From IMG/VR virus record IMGVR_UViG_3300020045_002124, positions 1-30,692 of that record: DNA of 30,692 bases. One strand, given 5' to 3'. The stretch is from a virus (Duplodnaviria; Caudoviricetes). Under the pieces are notes generated by a model. That model searched no databases, was not told the DNA's origin, and saw nothing but the letters and a program-made list of their open reading frames with translations. Positions 9,137-17,169 of the stretch are shown piece by piece (the first letter of the stretch is position 1; the number at the start of each line of letters is the position of its first letter). The position numbers and the translations under genes are program-made.

Positions 9137-9862
9137 TTATTTATCAGGTTTCATAGAATCATATCCAGCTTTTATAAGTGGTATGAAACTAAGTGTATTT
9201 GTAAGGCTTAGGTTATTTTCTTTAGCTAATTCTATAAGAACAATAGGGTTCAAAATACCCCATTCATTAGTATAAAGTTTAGCAACGTTATAAAGTTTAA
9301 GATAAGGAACATTTGCTTTTATCAATAAGTTTGGAAAATTAGAAGTCTTAAGTTCTTCTTTCTTTTTCTCCACAACCTCTGTAACCACTTCATCCTCAAA
9401 ATTCATATAAAGCCCTAAGCTTTCTTGTAATTCTGCGGTTTCAGCTTTCTGCATACTTTCAGTATCTTGCTTCCCATAGTCTAGTTCATATTGGTATTTG
9501 CCAATTTCAAACAAGTTTTGTTCTTGCAAACCTTTTCTATTAATATGTTCCATATTTTGAAGGATGGACACATAGTTAGCTAGGATTGCTTTGAAATAAG
9601 GGAAGCTACTTAACAACACCTTTAGTATAGCAGTTTCAAAGGAATTGGTCAAGTTTCCTACGGCATCGGACACCTTATCAACGTAAACAATGTTACTTAA
9701 TAGGATAGAAACCTGTTTACTATAGTCTGCTTGGATTAACTTCTTTAAGATTTGTCTAGCCGTTTTTGGTTCTACGAGTTTAAAAGCTATAACAAAGTCA
9801 ACTTCCCAATTAGCATCTTTAGCTTTCAAATGTACTTCAATAAAATCAGGTACAATTTGCAT
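9137..9862 (-). CDS. Tail assembly chaperone, G-like N-terminus plus T-like C-terminal extension
   Basis: Follows the tail tube gene; GGAG RBS; N-terminal half is paralogous to 8493..8936. Confidence 0.55.
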   Translation of the reverse strand: MQIVPDFIEVHLKAKDANWEVDFVIAFKLVEPKTARQILKKLIQADYSKQVSILLSNIVYVDKVSDAVGNLTNSFETAILKVLLSSFPYFKAILANYVSILQNMEHINRKGLQEQNLFEIGKYQYELDYGKQDTESMQKAETAELQESLGLYMNFEDEVVTEVVEKKKEELKTSNFPNLLIKANVPYLKLYNVAKLYTNEWGILNPIVLIELAKENNLSLTNTLSFIPLIKAGYDSMKPDK

Positions 9863-9876
9863 AATATCTCCATAAT

Positions 9877-9907
9877 AAAAAGGCGGGAGACTTTTCAGAA
9901 ACCCGCC
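9877..9907 (-). terminator. Rho-independent terminator after tail tube gene
   Basis: GGCGGG/CCCGCC stem followed by TTTTT on the minus strand. Confidence 0.7.
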
Positions 9908-9931
9908 CAGATAACTTATTTCAAAGTTAGA

Positions 9932-11893
9932 TTATTTAAGCATAATCTTAGTATAACCACCATAGGCAAAGACTAAATCAAATGCAGCACGGTTGTTCTG
10001 TGCCGTTTGTTTATAATCTTTCAGTGTTAGCTTCGTGATTTCAACTTCAACTGTGTTACCTCTAGTACCGTCTTGTTTAAAGTTAAACCAGAACTCTTTA
10101 CCAAGACTGTCTTCTGCATTGAACTGGTCAACAATGTTAGTATTAGCTTCTGGTTCAATGATGGTGATTGTAACCTCACCAGCTTTAGCAGAAACATCCC
10201 AAGTATCTTCACAACCAGTCATGATACGTTGATGTTCAAAACCATCTAAGTTGCTTCCAGTTAGTTTAAAGAAACAAATATTATTCAAGATAAGACCAGA
10301 ACCTGTTTCCATTAAACTAGCATTACGGATAGTATCTGCTTTCAGAACATAAGCTGCATCGGCTTTTTGTTGGCTGATTGGGTACGCCAATTCTGGAATA
10401 TTAGCTACATCCCAAACATTACCATGATAGTTGAAGGCTACTTTAGGACGTTGCCCAACTTCAAGTGTTAGGTCTAGGGTAGCAACAGCATCAGTTACGA
10501 TAATAACTTTCTGAGTACCAACCAATTGGTCAGAAGACTTACGAACATGAAGCGTTAAAGTTTCGTTACTAGCGTACTCATTGGTAAACTCAATACTAGC
10601 TACTACAGGAATAAGGGATGCAGTAGTAAAACCAACTGGTTGAACAACAGCACTAGCCGCATCCAAGTAGGTTTTTGCAGCATAAGTACCAGTAGTTAAG
10701 AGAGGTGCTAAGTTAGCTTCCCTATCTTCTGCTTGCAGGTAAAAGTCACGAGTCTTGTCAAACAAAGTTTGGAATTCTTGTTCTACTGCTGGATTACTAT
10801 TGGTAATTGCGTTGATATAAGTAACTGTATTAATCAGTGTAGCTAAAGTTGCTACGTCAATTAAGGCTACATCCGCATCAACTATCAAGTCGTCAGCTTT
10901 CAGAGCTACTACTAAAGCAGCTCCCGTTGGGTCTCCAATCAAGTTAATCTGTAAGTTATGCCACAGTTCTTTAATAGCAACACTTGTTGCAGTAACTTTA
11001 GCAATAATGTCAGCAGTTTCAGCTCTAGCAGAAGTTAAGTTAGCAAGCAAGGCGCTTACGGCAGCATTACCAGAAGTGCCTAAGTCTAGTAAGTCCATCT
11101 TCTGTGCGTTGCGTTGGGCATTAACTAAAGCATTTTCAATCCAGTTAGTTTCAGTATAACCAACTTGTAGTTGTGCTTCTGCTTTTCTATACAAATCATA
11201 CAAAGCATCAGTAATTGACAAGCCTGAATCCAAAATTGCATGAAACTTAGAAGCTTCCATGAAAGGAATAATTGGAATAGTGTTAATAGCTCCAGTAGTT
11301 TGGTCATTAACATCTAATGTAGCAAAAGCAACTTGTGAACCACCTAATGTCAAACTTGCTACGTTAGTATTAGCTACCAAAGCAGTTGCTAAGATAATAG
11401 AAGGGTCTTGTGCATTGATAACATAGCTAAAAGCTACGTTTGGAGTTCCTGTAAAGGTACTATGTAACTGCATTGGACTGCCGCCCCCAAGATAGGCAAC
11501 AAGTTCTTCTGCTAGTTGGTTAGGACTAGCCAAAGCTGTAACAGTCATAGTTGCACCAGCAAAGATAAAAGTACCAGAAGACACACTATCAAGGAACTTT
11601 AATACTGCTGTTTCATAACCATAAATAGGCCTTCCAAACAAACTACCTAAGCGTGGAACAATGGTCTCAGCTTTAACATCACAATACTTATCCGTGATAG
11701 TAATAGCAACCTCACGTTGCATGATATTACCGATGTACTGTTCTTCTTGCGAGGAGATGTTATTCTCATAGGATAAGGATAGTGCTGCAAGTGCATGGGC
11801 AGATGATAGTGCGTTCGGTACACCTGCACCACCTGTTTGTACTGCACCATATAAGGCTACTGCCTTTTCTGTAAAACGTACTTTACTAGCCAT
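9932..11893 (-). CDS. Major tail tube protein with two internal insertions
   Basis: Sits after the neck genes and before a terminator, chaperones and tape measure. The N-terminus (~90 aa) and C-terminus (~220 aa) are beta-rich and tube-like; 653 aa is unusually long. Confidence 0.7.
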   Translation of the reverse strand: MASKVRFTEKAVALYGAVQTGGAGVPNALSSAHALAALSLSYENNISSQEEQYIGNIMQREVAITITDKYCDVKAETIVPRLGSLFGRPIYGYETAVLKFLDSVSSGTFIFAGATMTVTALASPNQLAEELVAYLGGGSPMQLHSTFTGTPNVAFSYVINAQDPSIILATALVANTNVASLTLGGSQVAFATLDVNDQTTGAINTIPIIPFMEASKFHAILDSGLSITDALYDLYRKAEAQLQVGYTETNWIENALVNAQRNAQKMDLLDLGTSGNAAVSALLANLTSARAETADIIAKVTATSVAIKELWHNLQINLIGDPTGAALVVALKADDLIVDADVALIDVATLATLINTVTYINAITNSNPAVEQEFQTLFDKTRDFYLQAEDREANLAPLLTTGTYAAKTYLDAASAVVQPVGFTTASLIPVVASIEFTNEYASNETLTLHVRKSSDQLVGTQKVIIVTDAVATLDLTLEVGQRPKVAFNYHGNVWDVANIPELAYPISQQKADAAYVLKADTIRNASLMETGSGLILNNICFFKLTGSNLDGFEHQRIMTGCEDTWDVSAKAGEVTITIIEPEANTNIVDQFNAEDSLGKEFWFNFKQDGTRGNTVEVEITKLTLKDYKQTAQNNRAAFDLVFAYGGYTKIMLK

Positions 11894-12042
11894 TAGTTAG
11901 ACTCCTTAATAAGGTCTTCGGGTTTAATTTCTTTCTCAGAAGCTAAAGGTGCTTTACCACTTTTCAACTTCTCATCGGGTTTATGTTCTTGTGGAACTAT
12001 AGTTACTTCCTTTTGTTTTGGAAGTCTTACGGTAATAGCCAT
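11893..12042 (-). CDS. Small hypothetical protein (49 aa, MAITVRLPK...)
   Basis: AAGGAG RBS before ATG 12042; TAATG overlap with the tube gene start. Confidence 0.6.
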   Translation of the reverse strand: MAITVRLPKQKEVTIVPQEHKPDEKLKSGKAPLASEKEIKPEDLIKESN

Positions 12043-12052
12043 TAGGTTCTCC

Positions 12053-12496
12053 TTATGGGTTAAAGTTAAGTAAATTGTCAAAAGTAAAGCCAAAGACTAA
12101 CTTGGTCATTATACGTCCGTTGTCCGTAATAAAGTCTCCAGCTATAGCTGTAAAACTTCTAAAGTTATTTTCAGTAGATACAAACTGTTGTGGTTGGTAC
12201 GCATGAAGGTGATACCAAAGTTTCTGTAAGTCTTTATGATATGTGAAGACAGCCCCAGTGTAAATAGGAGCAACGTAAACTATATCAATAAACATAACAC
12301 ATTGGTTATCAAGTTCATCTGCACTACTTTGTAAGATTTCATTCTCTTTAGCAGGGACTATACGAGAGTAGCAGACTTCTATGACTGGTGTTTCTTGTTC
12401 AAAAGACTGTCCTTGTTGGAAAAGTCTATTAGCTACCTCAACAGGCAATCCCATAGCTGTTTGTAAGTAATTTGCTAGATGGTCTAAGTCTATCAT
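12053..12496 (-). CDS. Putative tail terminator/completion protein (gpU-like position)
   Basis: 147 aa, upstream of the tube gene, ATGA overlap. Assignment rests on synteny only. Confidence 0.5.
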   Translation of the reverse strand: MIDLDHLANYLQTAMGLPVEVANRLFQQGQSFEQETPVIEVCYSRIVPAKENEILQSSADELDNQCVMFIDIVYVAPIYTGAVFTYHKDLQKLWYHLHAYQPQQFVSTENNFRSFTAIAGDFITDNGRIMTKLVFGFTFDNLLNFNP

Positions 12497-12810
12497 ACTA
12501 AGTTCACCAAGTTTGCAGTTATTTTAACCCAACCATAAACATCTACGAAAGGTTTCTGTGTTATCTTCCAACTAAACGTCTTTACACCAACAACGACATT
12601 GAATGTATCATCTTTGGAGATTGAAAAGTTATTCCAATCTTCTTGGGTAATTTGCCAATAGTGAACGATAGCTCTGTGGCTTAAAGTATCAACTTCAAAG
12701 TTAATGTTACTAAAGTCTTCACCATTGATACCTAGGATACCGAAAGTTGGAAATGTAAGTGTAACTCCAAAGTATGAAAGAAGTGTTCGTTTATCGGCTA
12801 AGGTTTCCAT
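12493..12810 (-). CDS. Putative head-tail joining protein (gpFII-like)
   Basis: 105 aa, beta-rich, with C-terminal SWKITQKPFVDVYGWVKI; synteny supports the call. Confidence 0.55.
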   Translation of the reverse strand: METLADKRTLLSYFGVTLTFPTFGILGINGEDFSNINFEVDTLSHRAIVHYWQITQEDWNNFSISKDDTFNVVVGVKTFSWKITQKPFVDVYGWVKITANLVNLV

Positions 12811-13481
12811 AAGTCTTTAATCCTTTGGTCGAATTTGAAGGCATCTTTAGTTCTTCGGCTATTTAGTAAGTAGGCATTTGGTATACCAAACATTTGAGCT
12901 ATTGGTTGTCTACTTCCGTCTACCCAAGTATGTGGTTGCAGTCTTATGTATATTTTCTTAGAACCTTTAGGTATGAAACCTTTAATACGTCCTTGATATA
13001 AGGGCGACTTTCCGTCTCTAGCTCCAGCAAATCTAGCCGACTTACTTTTGCTACCTACTACAACAACTTGTTTTCTTTGTCCTTTTATAATAGCGGCTCT
13101 GGTAATTCTAAATTTACCAGAATGTAAACCATCGGCACTACTTACTTTACCAAGATGTGTATCATAGCTAAAGCTAGTTAATTGCTGTGCTTCGACCTTT
13201 AGTGTTATATTAGCTAAAGTTCTTGCAGAGTTTCCACCTAAAATACCCTTAGCAGTTCCTTTAGTAAGTGTACTCATTGTAACACCTTTTACAAAGTCCT
13301 TTTGAGTTCTCTTCGTGTACAAAGTTGCCGCAGTCTTACACCAATCATTTTTAAAAACAACTAAGTTTTGGTTAAACCTTTCTATTTTTAAAGATGACTC
13401 AAGATTCTTAGTCAGCCATTTAGTTAGTTCACCTTTATTTGACCTTCCAGATGGACTTATAGGTAATACTAAGTTACTCAT
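12798..13481 (-). CDS. Basic neck/tail completion protein (gpZ-like)
   Basis: Lys/Arg-rich; C-terminal KGFI...IYIR...RQPIAQMFGIP resembles gpZ-type proteins; synteny supports the call. Confidence 0.55.
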   Translation of the reverse strand: MSNLVLPISPSGRSNKGELTKWLTKNLESSLKIERFNQNLVVFKNDWCKTAATLYTKRTQKDFVKGVTMSTLTKGTAKGILGGNSARTLANITLKVEAQQLTSFSYDTHLGKVSSADGLHSGKFRITRAAIIKGQRKQVVVVGSKSKSARFAGARDGKSPLYQGRIKGFIPKGSKKIYIRLQPHTWVDGSRQPIAQMFGIPNAYLLNSRRTKDAFKFDQRIKDLWKP

Positions 13482-13852
13482 TTCTTCTTCTCAAGTTGGA
13501 AGTGAACTCCGTCCTTAAAAGATACCCAGTCCCCTCCCCATTCAATAGCTATACCTAGTTCTTCTGCTGCTTGTTTCATAGCTCTGGCAATCTGCTCATA
13601 GTATTTCCAAGTCCAATCAACCTTCCCATTTACATAGGCTACTAAGTCAACAGCTTCACCGATAATATGTCTACTCTTCATAGTCTGCGACTTACCAGCT
13701 TTAAATAACTCTTTCTGTCTTTCAACCGAACGTAAACCTTCTGTAACTCCAAAGTCAACTGGGGATAGTTCAATAGCTTTCGTAACAACTGCTACTAATG
13801 CAGGGTCAACACCTTTCATTTTAACTAACGACTTATCACTTAACTTAAACAT
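13478..13852 (-). CDS. Endolysin, peptidase M15 family (L-Ala-D-Glu peptidase-like)
   Basis: Motifs DFGVTEGLRSVERQ, SRHIIGEAVD and IEWGGDW...DGVHFQL (SxH, D and H zinc ligands). Confidence 0.92.
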   Translation of the reverse strand: MFKLSDKSLVKMKGVDPALVAVVTKAIELSPVDFGVTEGLRSVERQKELFKAGKSQTMKSRHIIGEAVDLVAYVNGKVDWTWKYYEQIARAMKQAAEELGIAIEWGGDWVSFKDGVHFQLEKKK

Positions 13853-13871
13853 AGTAAACTCCTTAAAGGGT

Positions 13872-13907
13872 GTGGGCTAACTTAGGGAGATAAGCTAAGT
13901 AGCCCAC
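13872..13907 (-). other. Stem-loop after the major capsid gene (mRNA stabiliser or weak terminator)
   Basis: gtgggcta-a-cttag/ctaag-tagcccac gives 13 bp with one bulge; no good U-tract. Confidence 0.55.
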
Positions 13908-13933
13908 GATTTCACAGCCTCACAACTGTAACT

Positions 13934-15196
13934 TTACAGGGTAGCCGCTGGCGCAGTAGAACATACTTTCCAACTAACTACTGTATCAATATCAGTATGA
14001 CCTAACAAGAAACTAGAGTGAAGTTCCCACTCTGTATAACCTGTTTTGGTGTTACCCCATTGATTCACCCAGCGTTTAGCAGGAAGCCAAGCCGCTTTAG
14101 GGTGCATGATACGACCATAGATTTTCTTACCGTAACTTCTACTTGGCAAGGCTACAACGTAACCGTCTGGAAAATACTTAGTTCTAACACCTGTGTCGAT
14201 GTTGTCATAAGTACCACTATATCCAAAGATAGGAACAGTCATACCAACATCGTCTAACATATACCCACGCAAGAACCAACCTTGGAAGTTATGAATCATA
14301 TCTAAGATAGGATTTTGGATTCTTGGTGTAGCATTCTTTGTTAAGTCCCACAAGTCTTGATACTTCGCACCTTTCAAAGCAGCTAAATACCAAGCCCAAG
14401 CATCGTCAGACATAACAAAAGCTTCTGTAGAGCCAGCTCTGTAGGCACAGATTCTATCCATACGGCGTAAATGCTCGATTGGGTCAACTGGTAGTGTAGC
14501 TGTGATTGTTGCTGGAGTACCAGAGGTGTTATCCTTAGTATCCCAAGACAAACCACCACCAACATCAGTTATTGTATTTGCTTTCAAGGTAGTTAAATCA
14601 ACTTCAGGAATCCACTCATTGTAAACAGCCTCTCTAGTAGCATTACGAGCTGCTTGCGTAGTTGCAGTTGGGTTCTCTAGCTTAGTTCTTCCCCAATCGA
14701 AAGTAACTAAAGGATGTTGCGCATTGTCGCCAGAGATAGCAGTTGTATAACTACCGTAGACTAACAAGTGTGTAGCACATAACTCTTCTAAGTTCTCTAT
14801 ACTCTTCTCAGCTCTGTCCATGTCTTTTGCAAGAATCATATCATAGTTAGCTTGGAAGTTCTGTTCAGCACCAAAAGGTTGACCGAACATTCTTTGAGAA
14901 ATCTCAGTTAAGTCAGGACTTTCAACAGCCGCTTTAGCATAACCAAAGGTCATCTCTTTAGTGCCAAAGTTAGGGTGGGCAAACTTAGCAGCATCAATAG
15001 TTGGTGCTACGAAACGAGCAATTAAGTTGGTTGCTCCAAACTCATAGTCAACATTGATTCTATCTTTAGTAGTTGTAACTTCTTGTCCAAACCACTGAGA
15101 CATTGCCAAAGGTCTTGGTAAAGGGTTTGCGGAAATTGCACCATCTAAAGTAGTTAAGCCACTTTGGTAAGGTGTCATTAAGATTAAATCAGCCAT
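13934..15196 (-). CDS. Major capsid protein, lambda gpE-like
   Basis: 420 aa; motifs IARFVAP, IENLEELCATHLLVYG, FDWGR, YSGTY...KYFPDGYVVALP...YGRI; follows the decoration gene. Confidence 0.88.
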   Translation of the reverse strand: MADLILMTPYQSGLTTLDGAISANPLPRPLAMSQWFGQEVTTTKDRINVDYEFGATNLIARFVAPTIDAAKFAHPNFGTKEMTFGYAKAAVESPDLTEISQRMFGQPFGAEQNFQANYDMILAKDMDRAEKSIENLEELCATHLLVYGSYTTAISGDNAQHPLVTFDWGRTKLENPTATTQAARNATREAVYNEWIPEVDLTTLKANTITDVGGGLSWDTKDNTSGTPATITATLPVDPIEHLRRMDRICAYRAGSTEAFVMSDDAWAWYLAALKGAKYQDLWDLTKNATPRIQNPILDMIHNFQGWFLRGYMLDDVGMTVPIFGYSGTYDNIDTGVRTKYFPDGYVVALPSRSYGKKIYGRIMHPKAAWLPAKRWVNQWGNTKTGYTEWELHSSFLLGHTDIDTVVSWKVCSTAPAATL

Positions 15197-15975
15197 TATA
15201 CTAACTCCTCACCCGCTGTAGGTGTTACGATTTCAAACTCAGTACCTTCTACATACTTCTTACGAAGTAAAGGGGTTACTGCACCAGTATTGTAGGCTGT
15301 ACAAGCTACAGTAGTGCCATCTGCTTTAGTGACAACATCAACTGCAACATCCACACCCCAGAGAACTTCACTTTCATAAGCATAGGCTTCAATATAACCA
15401 GAAGATACTACATCACCAGAAGTTGCATCAACATCCATAGCTAGGATAACAGCAGGTTTCTGGAAAGTAGCTGAACCAGCAACAGTTGTTACAGTTTTAG
15501 TTAAGGAAGCATTAGTTCCTGTAACTGCAAAGTCTGTTACGTTAGTTAAACCCGTTGTAGCATAAGCCCATAAGGTGACTGCACTAGAAGGGTCGGCTAC
15601 TAATTCCCAACCTGTTAAAGTACCTGTGAAAGTACCTTTAGTAGTTGACATTGAAATGAAAGCAGCTCGTACCTCTGCTGCAGTCATAGTAGCTGCAACT
15701 GTCAAGGTCACTCCAGCCATAATAACTGTGTCAGCTGCACCAACTGTACCGCCAAGAACTAACTTAGCATATTCAGCAATGTTACCAGCCGCAATCATCT
15801 TACCAGCCGTGTTACTCACAAGAAAGCTTCTTGCTTTTAAGACTTGACCAGACGCAATTGTGATAGTCTGAGACTTCTCAGGTACAAAAGGACGATTTGT
15901 GGTTCTTTCTGGGTAGTTCTTAAAACCTGCATCTTGTTGATGTTCCCAGTAACCCATTGTATGTGGACTTTCCAT
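15196..15975 (-). CDS. Head decoration protein (gpD-like) with inserted domain
   Basis: TITIASGQVLK... and PAVILAMDVDATSGD flank a ~100-aa insert; located between protease and capsid genes. Confidence 0.8.
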   Translation of the reverse strand: MESPHTMGYWEHQQDAGFKNYPERTTNRPFVPEKSQTITIASGQVLKARSFLVSNTAGKMIAAGNIAEYAKLVLGGTVGAADTVIMAGVTLTVAATMTAAEVRAAFISMSTTKGTFTGTLTGWELVADPSSAVTLWAYATTGLTNVTDFAVTGTNASLTKTVTTVAGSATFQKPAVILAMDVDATSGDVVSSGYIEAYAYESEVLWGVDVAVDVVTKADGTTVACTAYNTGAVTPLLRKKYVEGTEFEIVTPTAGEELV

Positions 15976-16319
15976 TATTTAGCTCCTTTTTGTTTTAAGA
16001 AAGCAGGTACATAGTGTTCAGAAGCACCAGTTACTTGTTCGGAAGTTTTGCCAAAAGGTACTACAGTGGTGTCGATAGCCTGTGCTGCATCTTTCTCAGC
16101 TTTAATCGAAGTAAAGAAGTCTACAACATCGTCAACATCCCATTTAGCTTTATTAACAGCTTTGATTGCAGTTTCATGGTCTAGGCTAAAAGTCTTTGCA
16201 GCTTCTAAAATACCTACTGTACGTTCTCTTTCTGCTTTAGTAGCTAAAGCAGAAGCTTGTTTCACCTCAGTTTCTAAGTCTGAGATTTTTTTCAATGCTT
16301 CTTCGATTGTCAAAGACAT
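15975..16319 (-). CDS. Nested in-frame scaffolding protein (Nu3-like, 114 aa)
   Basis: Internal AGGAG-AAAACACA-ATG at 16332..16317 gives MSLTIEEALKKISDLE...AERERTVGIL. Confidence 0.7.
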   Translation of the reverse strand: MSLTIEEALKKISDLETEVKQASALATKAERERTVGILEAAKTFSLDHETAIKAVNKAKWDVDDVVDFFTSIKAEKDAAQAIDTTVVPFGKTSEQVTGASEHYVPAFLKQKGAK

Positions 16320-17114
16320 TGTGTTTTCTCCTTGCTCTACTTGAGCAGATAGGGTTGGTAAATCATTTACAGGTAGGTCTAAAGACTTACTTGATAATTC
16401 TAATGTTGGGGTAAGTTCATTCGCCCCGAAGAGGACAGCAGAGTTTTCTAAGATGTCTACCTTAGTAACTGCCCAGAACATTCCATATTTGTCAGCTTGT
16501 TCCTTATTAATAATGTCTGGATAGTATTTATCCCAAACTTCTTTATAGGCTACATCTTCTGCATCGGAGGAATCTAACGCTAGTCTAAGTTCCTGATACA
16601 TAAGACCAATACTATGCTGATTAATCTTACCATTAGCATAGAACTTATAAACATCTTCGTTGTAGTCTTTCTTTATAAGTGTTTCAAAGATAAGGGCAGT
16701 GGTACTTCCTTCCTGAGATAACCCTAAGTCTTTAAGATTAAGTTGTTCAGTATAGACCTTTTGGACATCACCAACAAAGGAAGTAACACTATGCTTGTGG
16801 TCGAGAATATGTGGAATAGAAGTTCCTCTTTTGAAGACACTTTCCTTGTAAGCATCTGCTGTAAGAACATCATCATGAGAATCCATCCAATTAGCTGTAT
16901 TGGCAACAACCTTTACAAGCAGTGTATCTGGTTCGATGACAGGTTCTTCACTTTCAGTACCAGTAGATTTAGTTCCTGACTCTTTTGCAGCTACTCGTTG
17001 AAGAATCTCTGGTGAAGCTACACAACCGTCTGCAAACTTAACTTTCAAGGTTTTCTCTTGAATAAGTTTGGTTTCATTAGCTTTAAGATGTGCAAATAGT
17101 TCTTTACGGTTCAT
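15975..17114 (-). CDS. Prohead maturation protease (HK97/U35-like) fused to scaffold
   Basis: Motifs DSHDDV, HILDH, QHSIG and ENSAVLFGANELTP, then an acidic helical C-terminus; located between portal and decoration genes. Confidence 0.8.
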   Translation of the reverse strand: MNRKELFAHLKANETKLIQEKTLKVKFADGCVASPEILQRVAAKESGTKSTGTESEEPVIEPDTLLVKVVANTANWMDSHDDVLTADAYKESVFKRGTSIPHILDHKHSVTSFVGDVQKVYTEQLNLKDLGLSQEGSTTALIFETLIKKDYNEDVYKFYANGKINQHSIGLMYQELRLALDSSDAEDVAYKEVWDKYYPDIINKEQADKYGMFWAVTKVDILENSAVLFGANELTPTLELSSKSLDLPVNDLPTLSAQVEQGENTMSLTIEEALKKISDLETEVKQASALATKAERERTVGILEAAKTFSLDHETAIKAVNKAKWDVDDVVDFFTSIKAEKDAAQAIDTTVVPFGKTSEQVTGASEHYVPAFLKQKGAK

Positions 17115-17134
17115 AAAATTCTCCTATGGGTTGC

Positions 17135-17145
17135 ATTATACCATA
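17135..17145 (-). promoter_or_regulatory. Extended -10 promoter (TATGGTATAAT) upstream of protease/capsid genes
   Basis: TG-n-TATAAT lies ~20 bp upstream of the ATG and is followed by an AGGAG RBS; the -35 element is weak. Confidence 0.65.
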
Positions 17146-17169
17146 ATAGTTTGAAAGTATATAAGTTTT

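Noticed and set aside
9932-11893. Contractile tail sheath (suggested by the 653-aa size)
   Set aside because: No separate tube or baseplate wedge genes are present, and the lambda-type M/L/K/I/J tip indicates a non-contractile tail.
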